This document shows, piece by piece, positions 10,008-20,266 of a DNA stretch of 64,000 nucleotides (its first letter is position 1; every line of letters starts with the position of its first letter). The notes under the pieces are model-generated. The model was not told the DNA's origin, ran no database searches, and saw nothing but the letters and a program-made list of their open reading frames with translations. Origin of the DNA: Alphaproteobacteria bacterium. GTDB lineage: Bacteria > Pseudomonadota > Alphaproteobacteria > MPNO01. Location: NCBI GenBank assembly GCA_964291675.2, contig OZ219865.1, positions 128,001 to 192,000 of the forward strand, written 5' to 3'. The position numbers and the translations under genes were made by a program.

Positions 10008-12466
10008 CCGTGACGGCGAGAAAGTACAACCCGGGCTTCCTCACCGACGACGAGCTGGTGGCGTCCTTCTGCGTGCGAACCGACGAGTTCGAGTCGATGA
10101 TGGAAGCCCTGCGCGAGCCTTCGGGCGATTCGAACGCACATCAGATCGTCATCGGCCCGCGCGGCAGCGGCAAGACGAGCCTTCTGCTGCGGGTCGCGGT
10201 GGAGATCCGGCGGGACGCGCAGCTCTCCACCCGTTTCTTCCCCGTCGTCTTCGCGGAAGAAAGCTACGAGGTCTCCACCGCCGGCGAGTTCTGGCTCGAA
10301 GCCCTGTCCCGCCTCGCCGACCGGGCGCCGAACGGCGAAGACGGCCCCGACCTGCGCCGCACGTTCGAGGAGCTGCGCCAAATCCGGGACGACCGGACGC
10401 TGGGGGATCGTTGCCTCGGCGCGCTCCAGGATTTCGCCGACCGCGAAGACCGGCGCCTCGTGCTGATGGTCGAGAACCTCAACATGCTGTTCCGGGACAT
10501 GGCGGACCGGGAAACGGCGGGGTGGCGGCTGCGCCAGACGCTCCAGACCGAGCCCCGCATCCTCCTGCTGGCGAGCGCGACCAGCCGGTTCGACGAGATG
10601 GAGGACCCCAAGCGCGCGCTCTACGACCTGTTCCGGACGGTCGCGCTGCGTCCCCTCGACGCGGAGGATTGCGCGACCCTCTGGCAAACCGTCACCGGCC
10701 AGGAACGGGCGCCGGGCACGATCCGGGCCTTGCGTATCCTTACCGGCGGCAGCCCGCGATTGCTCACCATCGTCGCCCGCTTCGGCGCGGAGCTGTCGTT
10801 TCGCGAGCTGATGGCCGACCTGCTCGACCTGGTCGACGACCACACCGAGTATTTCAAGAGCCACCTCGACGCCCTGCCGGCGCAGGAGCGCCGCGTCTAT
10901 CTCGCGCTTGCCGAGCTCTGGAAGCCGGCCACCGCGCGCGAGATCGCCGACCGGGCGCGGTTGGAGACCAACAAATGCAGCGCGCAGCTCGCCCGCTTGA
11001 CCGAGCGCGGCGCGGTCGAGGTGACCGGCGGCACGGCGCGGCGCAGGCTCTACTACCTCTCCGAACGGCTCTACAACATCTACTACCTGATGCGCCGCAC
11101 CCGCGGCCCGGCGCCCATGATCGAAGCTTTGGTTCGCTTCATGGAGGGGTGGTACTCGGTCGACGAGTTGAAAGAATTCGGCGCCCGGATGGCGCGGGAA
11201 GCGCCGGGTCTCGACGACGGGACGCTGGGGCTTTACCGGATTGCGTTTCAGCAACTCCTCCGACTGCCGTCGCTGGCGCCGCACCGCGAGGAATTGCTTT
11301 CGCTTGCGTCATGGATCGGTGACATCGGTCCCGATGATGACCCTCACGCCCCGGCTGCCAACTTGACTGCTAGGGCCGTCTTCGACAGGGCGATCGAACT
11401 CGCGACCGACGGGCGCCTTGAGGAGGCGGTAAATGCTTGGGATGAGGTCATTTGGCGTCTACGGGACAAAGGGGCTCCAACAGATCTTGAGGGGGTCGCG
11501 ACAGCGCTCCTGAACAAGGGTGTGGCGCTAGGCAAGATGGACCGGCCAATCGACGCACTCGCGACGTGGGATGAGGTCGTTCAACGTTTCGGTGAGACCG
11601 ATGATCGACCTCTGGTTCTCGCGGTCGCGGAGGCTCTTTTGAGCAGGGGTAACCTGCTACTGGAGTTGAACAGGCCGGGGGAGGGGATTGAGGCGTGGGA
11701 TGAGGTCGTCCGGCGAAATGTGTCGAGCGAATGGCCGTCCCTTCGCGTTAAGGTGTCAACAGCACTACTTGGCAAGTGTGCTGCCCTGTCGGGGTTGAAT
11801 CGGCCTGAAGAAGCCTTGGCCGTCTGCGACGAGATCGTACAACGCGATGCGAAGAACGATGACCCGCAGGCCATTGGGATACTCGCCTGGGCACTCCTAC
11901 ATAGAGGCAATGTGTTTCTCCGTCAGAGACGGCTCGACGAAGCGTTGGCGGCATGGGAAGAGATCGTACGACGTTTCGAGGCCTCTGATCTGCCGACGCT
12001 TGGGGACTCAGTCGTGATGGCGCTAGTGGGAAAAGCAGCGCTCGATTTGATAAATGGCCGAGCACAGGCTGCCATTGTTGCTATCGACCAGATGCTGCAC
12101 CGGCAGGACGTAGGATCACCGGAGGTAAGATTGCAGGGACACACGATCCGCGCTTGGGCGTACTTGGCGGATGGCGAAATCGAGGCGTGTACGAACGATG
12201 TGGCATCGATACTTGCGATCTTGCCGGACTTCGGTTCCATCCCCAAGGAAGTGCTCGATGGATTGTCCGCGTTCTCCATGGACCTGGGTTCGCAGAATAT
12301 GCTCGATCTGATCCAGGCGTCGCCGGCGGTCGACCTGCTGCTGCCGCTGACGACGGCGCTGGAAATGGAACTCGGGCTGGAACCACGCGTGGCGAAGGAG
12401 GTGGAGGAGGTCGCCGAGGACATCCGTCGCGACTTGGCGGAGCGGCGAAAGGCGCGGCGCGGGTGA
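10004..12466 (+). CDS. STAND-like ATPase with winged-helix and TPR repeats
   Basis: ATGA overlap with the upstream gene. Walker A GPRGSGKTS, Walker B LVLMVENL, GGSPR motif, wHTH-like ATAREIADRARL, and about 6 TPR-like repeats (ALLNKGVAL...ALATWDEVVQRF). Confidence 0.82.
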   Translation: MTVTARKYNPGFLTDDELVASFCVRTDEFESMMEALREPSGDSNAHQIVIGPRGSGKTSLLLRVAVEIRRDAQLSTRFFPVVFAEESYEVSTAGEFWLEALSRLADRAPNGEDGPDLRRTFEELRQIRDDRTLGDRCLGALQDFADREDRRLVLMVENLNMLFRDMADRETAGWRLRQTLQTEPRILLLASATSRFDEMEDPKRALYDLFRTVALRPLDAEDCATLWQTVTGQERAPGTIRALRILTGGSPRLLTIVARFGAELSFRELMADLLDLVDDHTEYFKSHLDALPAQERRVYLALAELWKPATAREIADRARLETNKCSAQLARLTERGAVEVTGGTARRRLYYLSERLYNIYYLMRRTRGPAPMIEALVRFMEGWYSVDELKEFGARMAREAPGLDDGTLGLYRIAFQQLLRLPSLAPHREELLSLASWIGDIGPDDDPHAPAANLTARAVFDRAIELATDGRLEEAVNAWDEVIWRLRDKGAPTDLEGVATALLNKGVALGKMDRPIDALATWDEVVQRFGETDDRPLVLAVAEALLSRGNLLLELNRPGEGIEAWDEVVRRNVSSEWPSLRVKVSTALLGKCAALSGLNRPEEALAVCDEIVQRDAKNDDPQAIGILAWALLHRGNVFLRQRRLDEALAAWEEIVRRFEASDLPTLGDSVVMALVGKAALDLINGRAQAAIVAIDQMLHRQDVGSPEVRLQGHTIRAWAYLADGEIEACTNDVASILAILPDFGSIPKEVLDGLSAFSMDLGSQNMLDLIQASPAVDLLLPLTTALEMELGLEPRVAKEVEEVAEDIRRDLAERRKARRG

Positions 12467-12520
12467 CCCCTGGGCACCCTCCGCAGGGTGCCAGCCGCGC
12501 CCCGACTGAACACGCCGTCC

Positions 12521-12757
12521 GTCATTCCGACCGGAGCTGAGAAATCTCGCGCCCGGCGTCCCACCCCGTCATGGCCGGCCCCCGGATCGAGTCCGGGGGT
12601 GATCCGGCCATTCATGCCGCGCCTCCGCCCGCGAGGCGGCCGGTCGGAAGAGGTGGCAGCGCCCGTGGGTGCCCGGATCAAGTCCGGGCATGACGTGGGG
12701 GGTGGCAAAGAGATTTCTCCGCTCCGCCTCGCTCCGTCCGGGTCCGGTCGAGATGAC
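12521..12757. repeat. Composite REP cluster (GTCATTCCGACCGGAG...GAGAAATCTC family enclosing a GTCATGGCCGG pair)
   Basis: Outer inverted pair gtcattccgaccggag..gagaaatctc / gagatttctc..ccggtcgagatgac; inner REP pair at about 12568-12695. Confidence 0.7.
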
Positions 12758-12826
12758 GACGGGGGGAGGGCCCTCCCCCATTTACCATTTGCCGCGCCGC
12801 TCCGTTTCGCCCCATAAACTCCGGCC

Positions 12827-14476
12827 ATGCTGAGCGCGCTCTCCGTCCTCCGACGCGGACCGCCGGCCGACCCGGTGTCGGGCTGGTCGGTGGCGACGCT
12901 CGCGCTCGGGCTCGTCCTGATCGGGCCGTTCGTCGCGCTGCTCTACGCGATGACCGGGGATTCGGGCGGGCTCTGGCTGCATCTGATGGAGACCGTCTTT
13001 CCGCGCTATGTCGGCAACACGGTGGCACTGATGGCGGGCGTCGGGTCGGTCAGCCTCGCCTTCGGGCTGAGCACGGCGTGGCTGGTCACGCGCTACGAGT
13101 TCCCGTTCTCGCGGCTGCTCGACTGGGCGCTGCTGCTGCCGGCGACGGTGCCGGCCTATATCATCGCCTACGCCTATACCGACCTGCTGGAATATGCCGG
13201 GCCGGTGCAGGGGCTGCTGCGCGAGGCCTTCGGCTGGTCGTCGGCGCGCGACTACTGGTTCCCCGAGATCCGCTCGCTCGGCGGCGCCGTCCTGGTGATG
13301 GGCTCGGTGCTCTACCCCTATGTCTATCTGATGGCGCGCACCGCGTTCCGCCTCACCCCCGCCTCCTACTACGAGGTCGCGCTGCTGCACGACCGCAATG
13401 TCGCCTTCTCGGTCGGCATCCCGCTGGCGCGCCCGGCGATCGTCGCCGGGCTGGCGCTGGTGCTGATGGAGGTGGTGTCGGATTTCGGCACGGTCGAGTA
13501 TTTCGCGGTCGAGACGCTGACCCTCGGCATCTTCAATGTCTGGCTCGGCATGAACAACTTGACCGCCGCGGCGCAGATCGCGGGTGTCGCCTTCGTGTTC
13601 ATCCTCGGCCTCTTGTTCATCGAGCGGCGCGCGCGCGGGCAGCAGCGCTTCTTCGATCCGTCGACGCCGCGCGAGGGGCTGCGCCCGATGCGCGTCGGCG
13701 GTGCGAAGGCGGCGCTCTGCATCCTGGTCTGCCTGGTGCCGCTGACCGCGGGCTTCGCGGTGCCGGTGGGGGTGCTGCTCTGGTTCGTCGCCGCCGGGCT
13801 GTCGTCGACCGATTACGGCGCGCTCGTCGCCACCGCCGTCAACTCGCTCTCGGTCGCCTTCGCGGCGGCGGCGATCGTCATGGCGGTGGCGCTGGTCACC
13901 GTGATGGTGGTCTCCTACAAGCGCCACCCTGCGCTCGGCGCGCTGACCGCGGTCTCGGCGATGGGCTATGCGTTCCCCGGCACCGTGCTCGCCATCGGCG
14001 TGGTGGTGTTCGCCGGTGCGCTCGATTCCGCGGTCGAGGCCGTCGTCGAGCGCGTGCTCGGCGCCGGGTTCGACGGGCTCCTGATCGGCGGCGTCGCGCT
14101 GCTGGTGGCGGGCTACGTGGTGCGCTTCCAGGCGATCGGCTACGGCGCCATGGTGGCCGGGGTGAAGCGGCTGCCGCCCAACATCATGAACGCGAGCTAC
14201 GTGCTCGGGCGCGGCTTCTCGCGCAGCCTGGTGACGCTGGCGCCGCCGCTGTTGCGCAAGTCGATCCTCGCCGGCGGGCTGCTGGTCTTCGTCGACGTGA
14301 TGAAGGAGCTGCCGATGACCCTGCTGCTCCGCCCGTTCGATTTCGAGACCCTGGCCACCTATGTCTACCAGTTCGCCACCGACGAGCTGCTGGAGCACTC
14401 GGCGCTCGCCGCGCTCGCCATCGTCGCCGCCGGCCTCGGCCCGGTGATCTGGATGAACGCCTCGCAGCGGCGGTGA
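12827..14476 (+). CDS. Fe(III) ABC transporter permease (FbpB/SfuB-like)
   Basis: Duplicated permease architecture with PAYIIAYAYTD, LYPYVYL-AR, SDFGTVEYF, KELP-TLLLRPF-FETLAT. Confidence 0.92.
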   Translation: MLSALSVLRRGPPADPVSGWSVATLALGLVLIGPFVALLYAMTGDSGGLWLHLMETVFPRYVGNTVALMAGVGSVSLAFGLSTAWLVTRYEFPFSRLLDWALLLPATVPAYIIAYAYTDLLEYAGPVQGLLREAFGWSSARDYWFPEIRSLGGAVLVMGSVLYPYVYLMARTAFRLTPASYYEVALLHDRNVAFSVGIPLARPAIVAGLALVLMEVVSDFGTVEYFAVETLTLGIFNVWLGMNNLTAAAQIAGVAFVFILGLLFIERRARGQQRFFDPSTPREGLRPMRVGGAKAALCILVCLVPLTAGFAVPVGVLLWFVAAGLSSTDYGALVATAVNSLSVAFAAAAIVMAVALVTVMVVSYKRHPALGALTAVSAMGYAFPGTVLAIGVVVFAGALDSAVEAVVERVLGAGFDGLLIGGVALLVAGYVVRFQAIGYGAMVAGVKRLPPNIMNASYVLGRGFSRSLVTLAPPLLRKSILAGGLLVFVDVMKELPMTLLLRPFDFETLATYVYQFATDELLEHSALAALAIVAAGLGPVIWMNASQRR

Positions 14477-14612
14477 GCGCTATCCAATCGGGTTGGATCA
14501 TATTCTGGGGCAGCGAATTGGTTTCTGCATTCTTGGGGTAGGCAACTTTCGAGAATGCGGGCGATGGCGTTCCACAGTCCCTCCACCGTGCGATCGGCGG
14601 CACGAGCGAACC
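14477..14612 (-). mobile_element. IS630-family transposase 3' remnant
   Basis: Minus strand reads RAADRTVEGLWNAIARILESCLPQECRNQFAAPEYD, resembling the IS630 C-terminus (RKAAERTVEGLW-AIG...PQEC-NYFAAAGYD) from memory. Confidence 0.6.
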
Positions 14613-14753
14613 GGGATCGGACACCCGCCTCACCGGGATTGCCGCCCACCTCCCAAGCCAGCCCGGCGACGCCGACTGAGCCGCGTTCCCGCGCACATCA
14701 CCTTGCTTGACGGCGCATGGTCGTGTCGCGAGGACGGCGCGACTCAGGTGACC

Positions 14754-16162
14754 CTATCGGGACGCTCCGAATGCACCGGTGAGATCATTGCGCTCCAGCG
14801 TCCCGGCGGCGCCCTCGTGGTTGCGGCCGACGAAGATGCCGGTCAGCCTGCCGGCATCGCCGCCGGTCTCCCGGAAGGTGTTGCCGCTGACCGCGATGGT
14901 GTAAACGAGATCCCCGTCCCGCCATTGCGCGCCGGACCCCGCGGGGCCGGGCCCGGCGTCAGCCGACCACGACTCCAGGTCAGTGAAGCCGGCGGTGCCG
15001 GTCATGGTAGCGAGGTCCACGTTGATTGCGGCGTCGCCAATGACGGGGGCCGCGCTCGGGGTGAAGCCAACGAGCGACCCCTCCCAGGTCACCGTGCCGG
15101 AGAGCGCCGGGTTGTCCGCCAGCGGCTGGTAAGGCCAAAATCCGTAGGCCCACGGCTCGGCGTAGCCGTTGACGAACCGCACGCCAAACGCGGCGTGCTC
15201 GCCGTCGCCGACGATGTGCGTCGACATGCTTTCCCAAGGCCCGAAAGTCGAAGGCGACGCGCCGTCCAGCAGCCCACTATAGAGCGCGCGCATCGCCTCG
15301 CGATCCACAGGGTAGAGCAGCGAGGTTGGCTGCGGGATACCCTGCTGCGGGCTGTAGATGTCCGGTCCGGCTTCCATGATGGAGTCGAACGCTGCCGAAA
15401 CATGACCGGCGTGCAGGCCCATCGCGTGCAGCAACTCATCCGCGAGCAGGATCGTCGCTTCACGGTCGCCGCGACTCGTATAGGCCCTGTCGACGCTGAC
15501 CATGGCGAATTCGAGAGCGCCGTCAGGCCCCGGTATGGGGGTTGTGCTGCCCCAACCGCGGCCTTCGAGCGACGGCAAGAAGCCGATATAGATGCCCGTG
15601 GCGCTGCCCCCGAGCCAGGGAGGGAGGGATGGCGCATCCGAGGCGACCGTCATCCTGTAACCTTCCGGCAGCGCGGCGTTCACCAGCCGGACCGCGCGAA
15701 TGACGCGCTGGTAGTCCGACTCGTCGCCTTCGAGCCCGAAGCGAACGACCGGCGGTGTCTCCCATCGAAACCCGGGATCGGCGACGGCTTGCGACAGGTA
15801 TCGCCGGAGCGTGCTCAGGCCCACGCCGTCATTCAGCCGGCCGTAGCGTATGCCGATCCCGTCGCGCTCGCCTGCGGTTGGCAGGGCGCTGAGATGGCGC
15901 CCCCGCTGATCGGCGCCGACCAGGAACAGCTCGTGCCCCTGATAGATTGGCATGTGCCGCGCATCGGCCCTCGTAGGTGGTTCCACGCCGGAGAACAAAT
16001 AGCTGCCGATGGCGGTATAGGGGAACGGCAATTCTGCCACGACGGGCTGCGATGGCGGGTCGGTCGGGGAGGAACCGGCCGGATCGTGTCGCCGCCTCCG
16101 TCCCCGCCGCAAGCTGATAGCAGCAGAATCGCACCTGACGAAATCAGGGTGTGCTTGTTCAT
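14754..16162 (-). CDS. Putative lipoprotein with metzincin-like motif and C-terminal beta-barrel (frameshift at about 16066-16069)
   Basis: Signal peptide and lipobox MNKHTLISSGAILLLSAC are in one frame. The body is in the next frame, with DELLHAMGLHAGH and a terminal G-F-G...AAGTLERNDLTGAFGASR. Confidence 0.65.
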
Positions 16163-16608
16163 GGGTCATCTCCTGCCCTCGAACCCGGCGAGCAACTCCA
16201 CGCCGGGCGTCCTTTCGCCGAGCGTGCCGCCGACTTCTCGTGCGCGGGCCTGACGAAAGCCCCCGCACACGCCCAACGGCGTCGGCGAAGCAGTTGCCGT
16301 AGACGCTGATTTCTTGGTTCAGGCTGGCGCACCGGAAAGGGTCGGTGGCGTCGCCCGTCGGGTCGGAGGACTACTCCTGTCTTCGACAACCGGTCGGACA
16401 CGGTGATCAGATATCTATCACAGTACGAATCGAACAACAGTATACTCAACCCAGGGCTGATAACCACCTCACGCGCGCTGACCCGAGCCAGGTTTGGATT
16501 GAGGCACTTGGTGAGGGAGCTGACCGACAGTGCCGGTAAGGTCCTGTTTCCGAAGTTCGATGCATGGCAATGCCCTGCCACATAACTCGTCACGGCCGGA
16601 CTCTTTCC

Positions 16609-16910
16609 ACTGCTGTCCGGTTCAGGTGAGTTGGACGGGGTGCAAGCCCTTGGTATGGGAGCATTTTCGGTGCATCGGTTGGATCGAGACACCGATTTCG
16701 GCACACTCGCACCTGCCGTCCTTGTCCCCCCGCTGTCACCCCGGACCTGTTCCGGGGCCCAGGGTCACAGGCACCGCCCTCGCGCGGCTTTCCCCGGAAC
16801 GGGTCCGGGGCAGGCCTGGACCCCGGAACAAGCCGGGGGTGACAGCGGGGGCGGAGATGTTGTTGCTCATGGTCGCGGAGCCCGAGTTGAAGGCTAAACC
16901 GGACAGCAGG
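16609..16910 (+). mobile_element. MITE-like element with ACTGCTGTCCGG terminal inverted repeats, inside a degenerate REP
   Basis: actgctgtccggtt ... aaaccggacagcagg; ends homologous to the copies at 22230 and 27368-27975; degenerate flanks ggactctttcc/ggacttgtttc. Confidence 0.7.
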
Positions 16911-17221
16911 GGACTTGTTTCGGGCATCCCTCTCCACCGGCCGCTCTGCGGGCGGCGGGCTCTGGTGATGGCTGGAACAGGTCCGGCCATGACTCGGCGG
17001 GGACAGGGAGCCAAAACGCACGAGCTTTGGAACCGGGCACACCAAACCGTATCCGGTTTGGACTGAAGTGCATCGCACTTCCCGGCAGTACGCCGGTATT
17101 TCGCTTCGCCAATCGTGACGGTGGGCGGGCAGGCCGAACGGTTCCATCCGGGACGGAGAGGTCGTAACATCGCTGCCCCAGCGGGAGTGCCTCCGATCCG
17201 AACCCCGGGAACGCGGCAACC

Positions 17222-17860
17222 ATGACCGACGGCGCCAACGCGGTCGCGCGCGCGGCGCCGATCGACCGGGCGCGGGCGCTGCTGCCGGGGATCGTCTCGC
17301 GGGCGGCGGAGGCGGACCGGATCGGGCGGCTGCCCGCGGCGACCCAGGCCGAGCCGATGGAGGCCGGGCTCTAGCGGATCCATTTGCCCCGGCGCTACGG
17401 CGGCGACGAGTCGGACTACGCGCTACAGGTCGACCTCGCCGCCGAGCTCGGCACCGCCTGCGGCTCGACCGCCTGGGCGCATTCGGCGGTCGCCGGCCAC
17501 AGCCGGATGCACGGCATGTTCGATGCCCGCGCCCAGGACGCGGTCCGGGGCGAGCACCCGGACGCGCCGATCCCGGGCGCGACGCCGAGCGCCGATTCGC
17601 GCATCGGGCCGGTCGACGACTGGCATGCCACCGGGCTGCGCGGCACCGGGTCGCGGTCGACGGTCTGCCGCGACCGGTTCGTCGCCGAGGGCTGGACGAT
17701 CCGCTCCGAGGCGTGCCGCGGCGGGCCCGCGCAAGGCAGCGCCGTCGACCCGGGCGCGCTCCACCGGATGCCGCCGTTCGCGCCGTTCGGCAAGGGATCG
17801 TGGCGCCGGCCGTGGGGATCGCGCGCGGCGCGCTGGCGCTGCCCGGGATGGAGGTCGGGA
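17222..17860 (+). pseudogene. Degraded HsaA-like flavin monooxygenase
   Basis: MTDGANAV...GRLPAATQAEPMEAGL*RIHLPRRYGG...ACGSTAW...DDWHATGLRGTGS. It has an in-frame stop and large internal deletions relative to the paralog at 3706. Confidence 0.8.
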
Positions 17861-17866
17861 TCGGGG

Positions 17867-18931
17867 TTACCGCGCGGATCGGGAGCGCCGGCCGCCGAAC
17901 ACGAAGCTCTGGTTCGGGTCGATGGCGATCCGCACCTTCTCGCCGACGCGGTGGCGGACCAGCCCGGGCAGGCGGGCGTGGAAGTGGTCGTGGCCCGGGT
18001 CGCCGAAGCGCTCGCTGAGCCGGATCACGCTGGAGGCGCCGGCGAAGTGGACGCTGCAGACATGCAGCTCGGCGCCGGCGCGGCCGCCGCCCGGCGCGAG
18101 CCGCAGCCCGTCCGGGCGGATCAGCACCTCGACCGGCTCGCCGTCGCCGAAGCCGGGATTGGCCAGCGCGCCGATGCGGGTCCGGATCTCGGCGCCCACG
18201 ACCGTGCCGGGGACCCGGTTGACGGCGCCGAAGAAGGCGGCGGTGAACGCGTCGACCGGGGCGGCGTAGAGCTCGTCCGGGGTGCCGGCCTGGACCATCG
18301 CGCCGTCGCGCATCAGCACGATCCGGTCGGCCGATATCAGCGCCTCCTCGGGGTCGTGGGTGACCATCAGCACCGTGACCCCGGCATCCTTGAGGATGCG
18401 CACCGTCTCCTCCCGCAGCCCGGCGCGGAGCGAGGCGTCGAGGCTGGAGAACGGCTCGTCCAGCAGCACCACCCGCGGCCGCGGCGCCAGCGCGCGGACC
18501 AGCGCCGCCCGCTGCTGCTCGCCGCCCGACAGCATATGCGGGTAGCTGTGCGCGAGATGGCGCATATGGACCCGCTCCAGCAGCGCCACCACGCGGCCGG
18601 CATCGCCCGCCTTCTGCGCCCGCGTCATGCCGTAGGCGATGTTCTGCGCCACCGTCAGATGCGGGAACAGGGCGATGTCCTGGAACAGGAACCCGATGCC
18701 GCGCTCGGGCGGCGGCACCATCCTCGCGGCGTCCGACAGCACCCGCCCGGCGATGCCGACCCGGCCGGCGGCCGGCCGCTCCAGCCCGGCGATGGCGCGC
18801 AGCGTCGTCGTCTTGCCGCAGCCCGACGGGCCGAGCAGGCAGACCAGCTCGCCCTCCGCGATCTCCAGAGAGAGGTCGCGCACCGCCCGTTTCGCCCCGA
18901 AGCTGACGCTCAGCCCATCGAGTCTCAGCAC
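17867..18931 (-). CDS. Fe(III)-type ABC transporter ATP-binding protein (FbpC/SfuC-like)
   Basis: GPSGCGKTT, FQDIALFPHLTV, LSGGEQQR, LLDEPFS, VTHD. Confidence 0.92.
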   Translation of the reverse strand: MLRLDGLSVSFGAKRAVRDLSLEIAEGELVCLLGPSGCGKTTTLRAIAGLERPAAGRVGIAGRVLSDAARMVPPPERGIGFLFQDIALFPHLTVAQNIAYGMTRAQKAGDAGRVVALLERVHMRHLAHSYPHMLSGGEQQRAALVRALAPRPRVVLLDEPFSSLDASLRAGLREETVRILKDAGVTVLMVTHDPEEALISADRIVLMRDGAMVQAGTPDELYAAPVDAFTAAFFGAVNRVPGTVVGAEIRTRIGALANPGFGDGEPVEVLIRPDGLRLAPGGGRAGAELHVCSVHFAGASSVIRLSERFGDPGHDHFHARLPGLVRHRVGEKVRIAIDPNQSFVFGGRRSRSAR

Positions 18932-18987
18932 CGCGCCATACCCGTCGATCCACCCCCGCCGACGCCGAACACACCCGTCCCCATGGT

Positions 18988-19006
18988 GTTATTGATAATC
19001 AATATC
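18988..19006. promoter_or_regulatory. Fur box
   Basis: GTTATTGATAATCAATATC matches GATAATGATAATCATTATC at 16 of 19 positions and lies upstream of the iron ABC ATPase. Confidence 0.75.
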
Positions 19007-19072
19007 ACCGTGGGGACGGGTGGGGAAGGGGTGAAGGGCTTCTTTTTTTCGCCGGGAGAGAGCGATACGGGG

Positions 19073-20191
19073 TCAGGCGGCGGGGCCGCCCCAGACCGCC
19101 TCGGCGATCCGGAGGACGAGCTCGAGCTTGCGCCTGGTGTCGTCGGGGCCGACCGGCTGGCCGCCGCCGCCGGCGGACGAGAAGCCGCATTGCGGGGAGA
19201 TGGCGAGGCGCTCCAGCGGCGCGTGGGCCGCCGCCCGGTCGATGCGGCGCCTGACCGCGTCCCGGTCCTCCAGCGCCGGCGTCTTGGTGCCGATCAGCCC
19301 GAGCGCGGCGGTCTTGCCGGCCGGCAGGAAGCGGAGCGGCGCGAAATCGCCGGCGCGCGGGGTGTCGTATTCGAGCAGCAGGAGGTCGACGTCGAGCCCC
19401 CCGAAGACGCGCTCGGCGATCGGCTCGTAGCCGCCCTCGGCCATCCAGCGCCCCTTGAAATTGCCGCGGCACATGTGGAGCCCGACGAACATCCCCGCCG
19501 GCCGCTCGGCCAGGACGGCGTTGATCAGCGCGACATAGGCGTCGGTCAGCGCGTCCGGATCCTCGCCGCGCGCGCGCACGCCCTCCCGCGCCGCCGCGTC
19601 GCAGATGCAGGCCAGCGCCGTGTCGTCGAGCTGCACGTATCGGCAGCCGGCGGCGGCGAGCTCGGCGATCTCGGCGCGGTAGATCCGCACCAGATCCGCG
19701 AAATAGGCGTCCCGGTCGGCATAGGCGGCGGGCGCGAAGCTGCGCGGCCCGAGGAAGAAGTGGAGCACCGGCGGCGAGGCGATGGTCGCCTTGGGCAGGC
19801 CGCGCGGCGCGAGCCCGGCGAGGAAGCGGTAATCGCCGGCGACGATGGGGCGCGCGCGTTCCAGCCGGCGCGCCGCGTATGGCGAGGCGGCGACGCCGGC
19901 GCTGCCCGATTCGGAGCGGAAGCCGAGCACCCCCTCGCGGCGCAGCCCGAACCCGTCGAGCGCGTCGATCACCCCGGCCGACCAGGAGCGGCGGCGGAAC
20001 TCGCCGTCGGTCACCGCGGGCAGGCCGAGCCCGTCCTGGAAGGCGACGATGCCCCGGATCGCCGCGTCCTCGGCGGCGCGCAGCCCGTCGGCGTCGAGCC
20101 GGCCTGCGCGATGCGCCCGCACCGCCTCCAGCAGCGCGTCGGGGCGGACGAAGCTCCCGACATGCTCGGCGCGGAAGGGGGGTCGCGTCAT
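19073..20191 (-). CDS. Cobalamin-independent methionine synthase catalytic-domain family protein (MetE-like)
   Basis: PFRAEHVGS, TDGEFRR, QLDD, HMCRGN, LEYD, SPQCGF. Confidence 0.88.
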   Translation of the reverse strand: MTRPPFRAEHVGSFVRPDALLEAVRAHRAGRLDADGLRAAEDAAIRGIVAFQDGLGLPAVTDGEFRRRSWSAGVIDALDGFGLRREGVLGFRSESGSAGVAASPYAARRLERARPIVAGDYRFLAGLAPRGLPKATIASPPVLHFFLGPRSFAPAAYADRDAYFADLVRIYRAEIAELAAAGCRYVQLDDTALACICDAAAREGVRARGEDPDALTDAYVALINAVLAERPAGMFVGLHMCRGNFKGRWMAEGGYEPIAERVFGGLDVDLLLLEYDTPRAGDFAPLRFLPAGKTAALGLIGTKTPALEDRDAVRRRIDRAAAHAPLERLAISPQCGFSSAGGGGQPVGPDDTRRKLELVLRIAEAVWGGPAA

Positions 20192-20266
20192 ATGGAGGCC
20201 TCCGGTGGCGGCGCTCCCAGGCTATAGTCGCGCGCGCATGGGCGGGCAAATGCGGCGGAGGAGAGC

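Noticed and set aside
16590-20227. Very long ORFs 16590-18974 (-) and 17384-20227 (+)
   Set aside because: These are Arg/Gly/Pro-rich shadow frames of real genes in high-GC DNA. Only the start of 17384 reflects the pseudogene.
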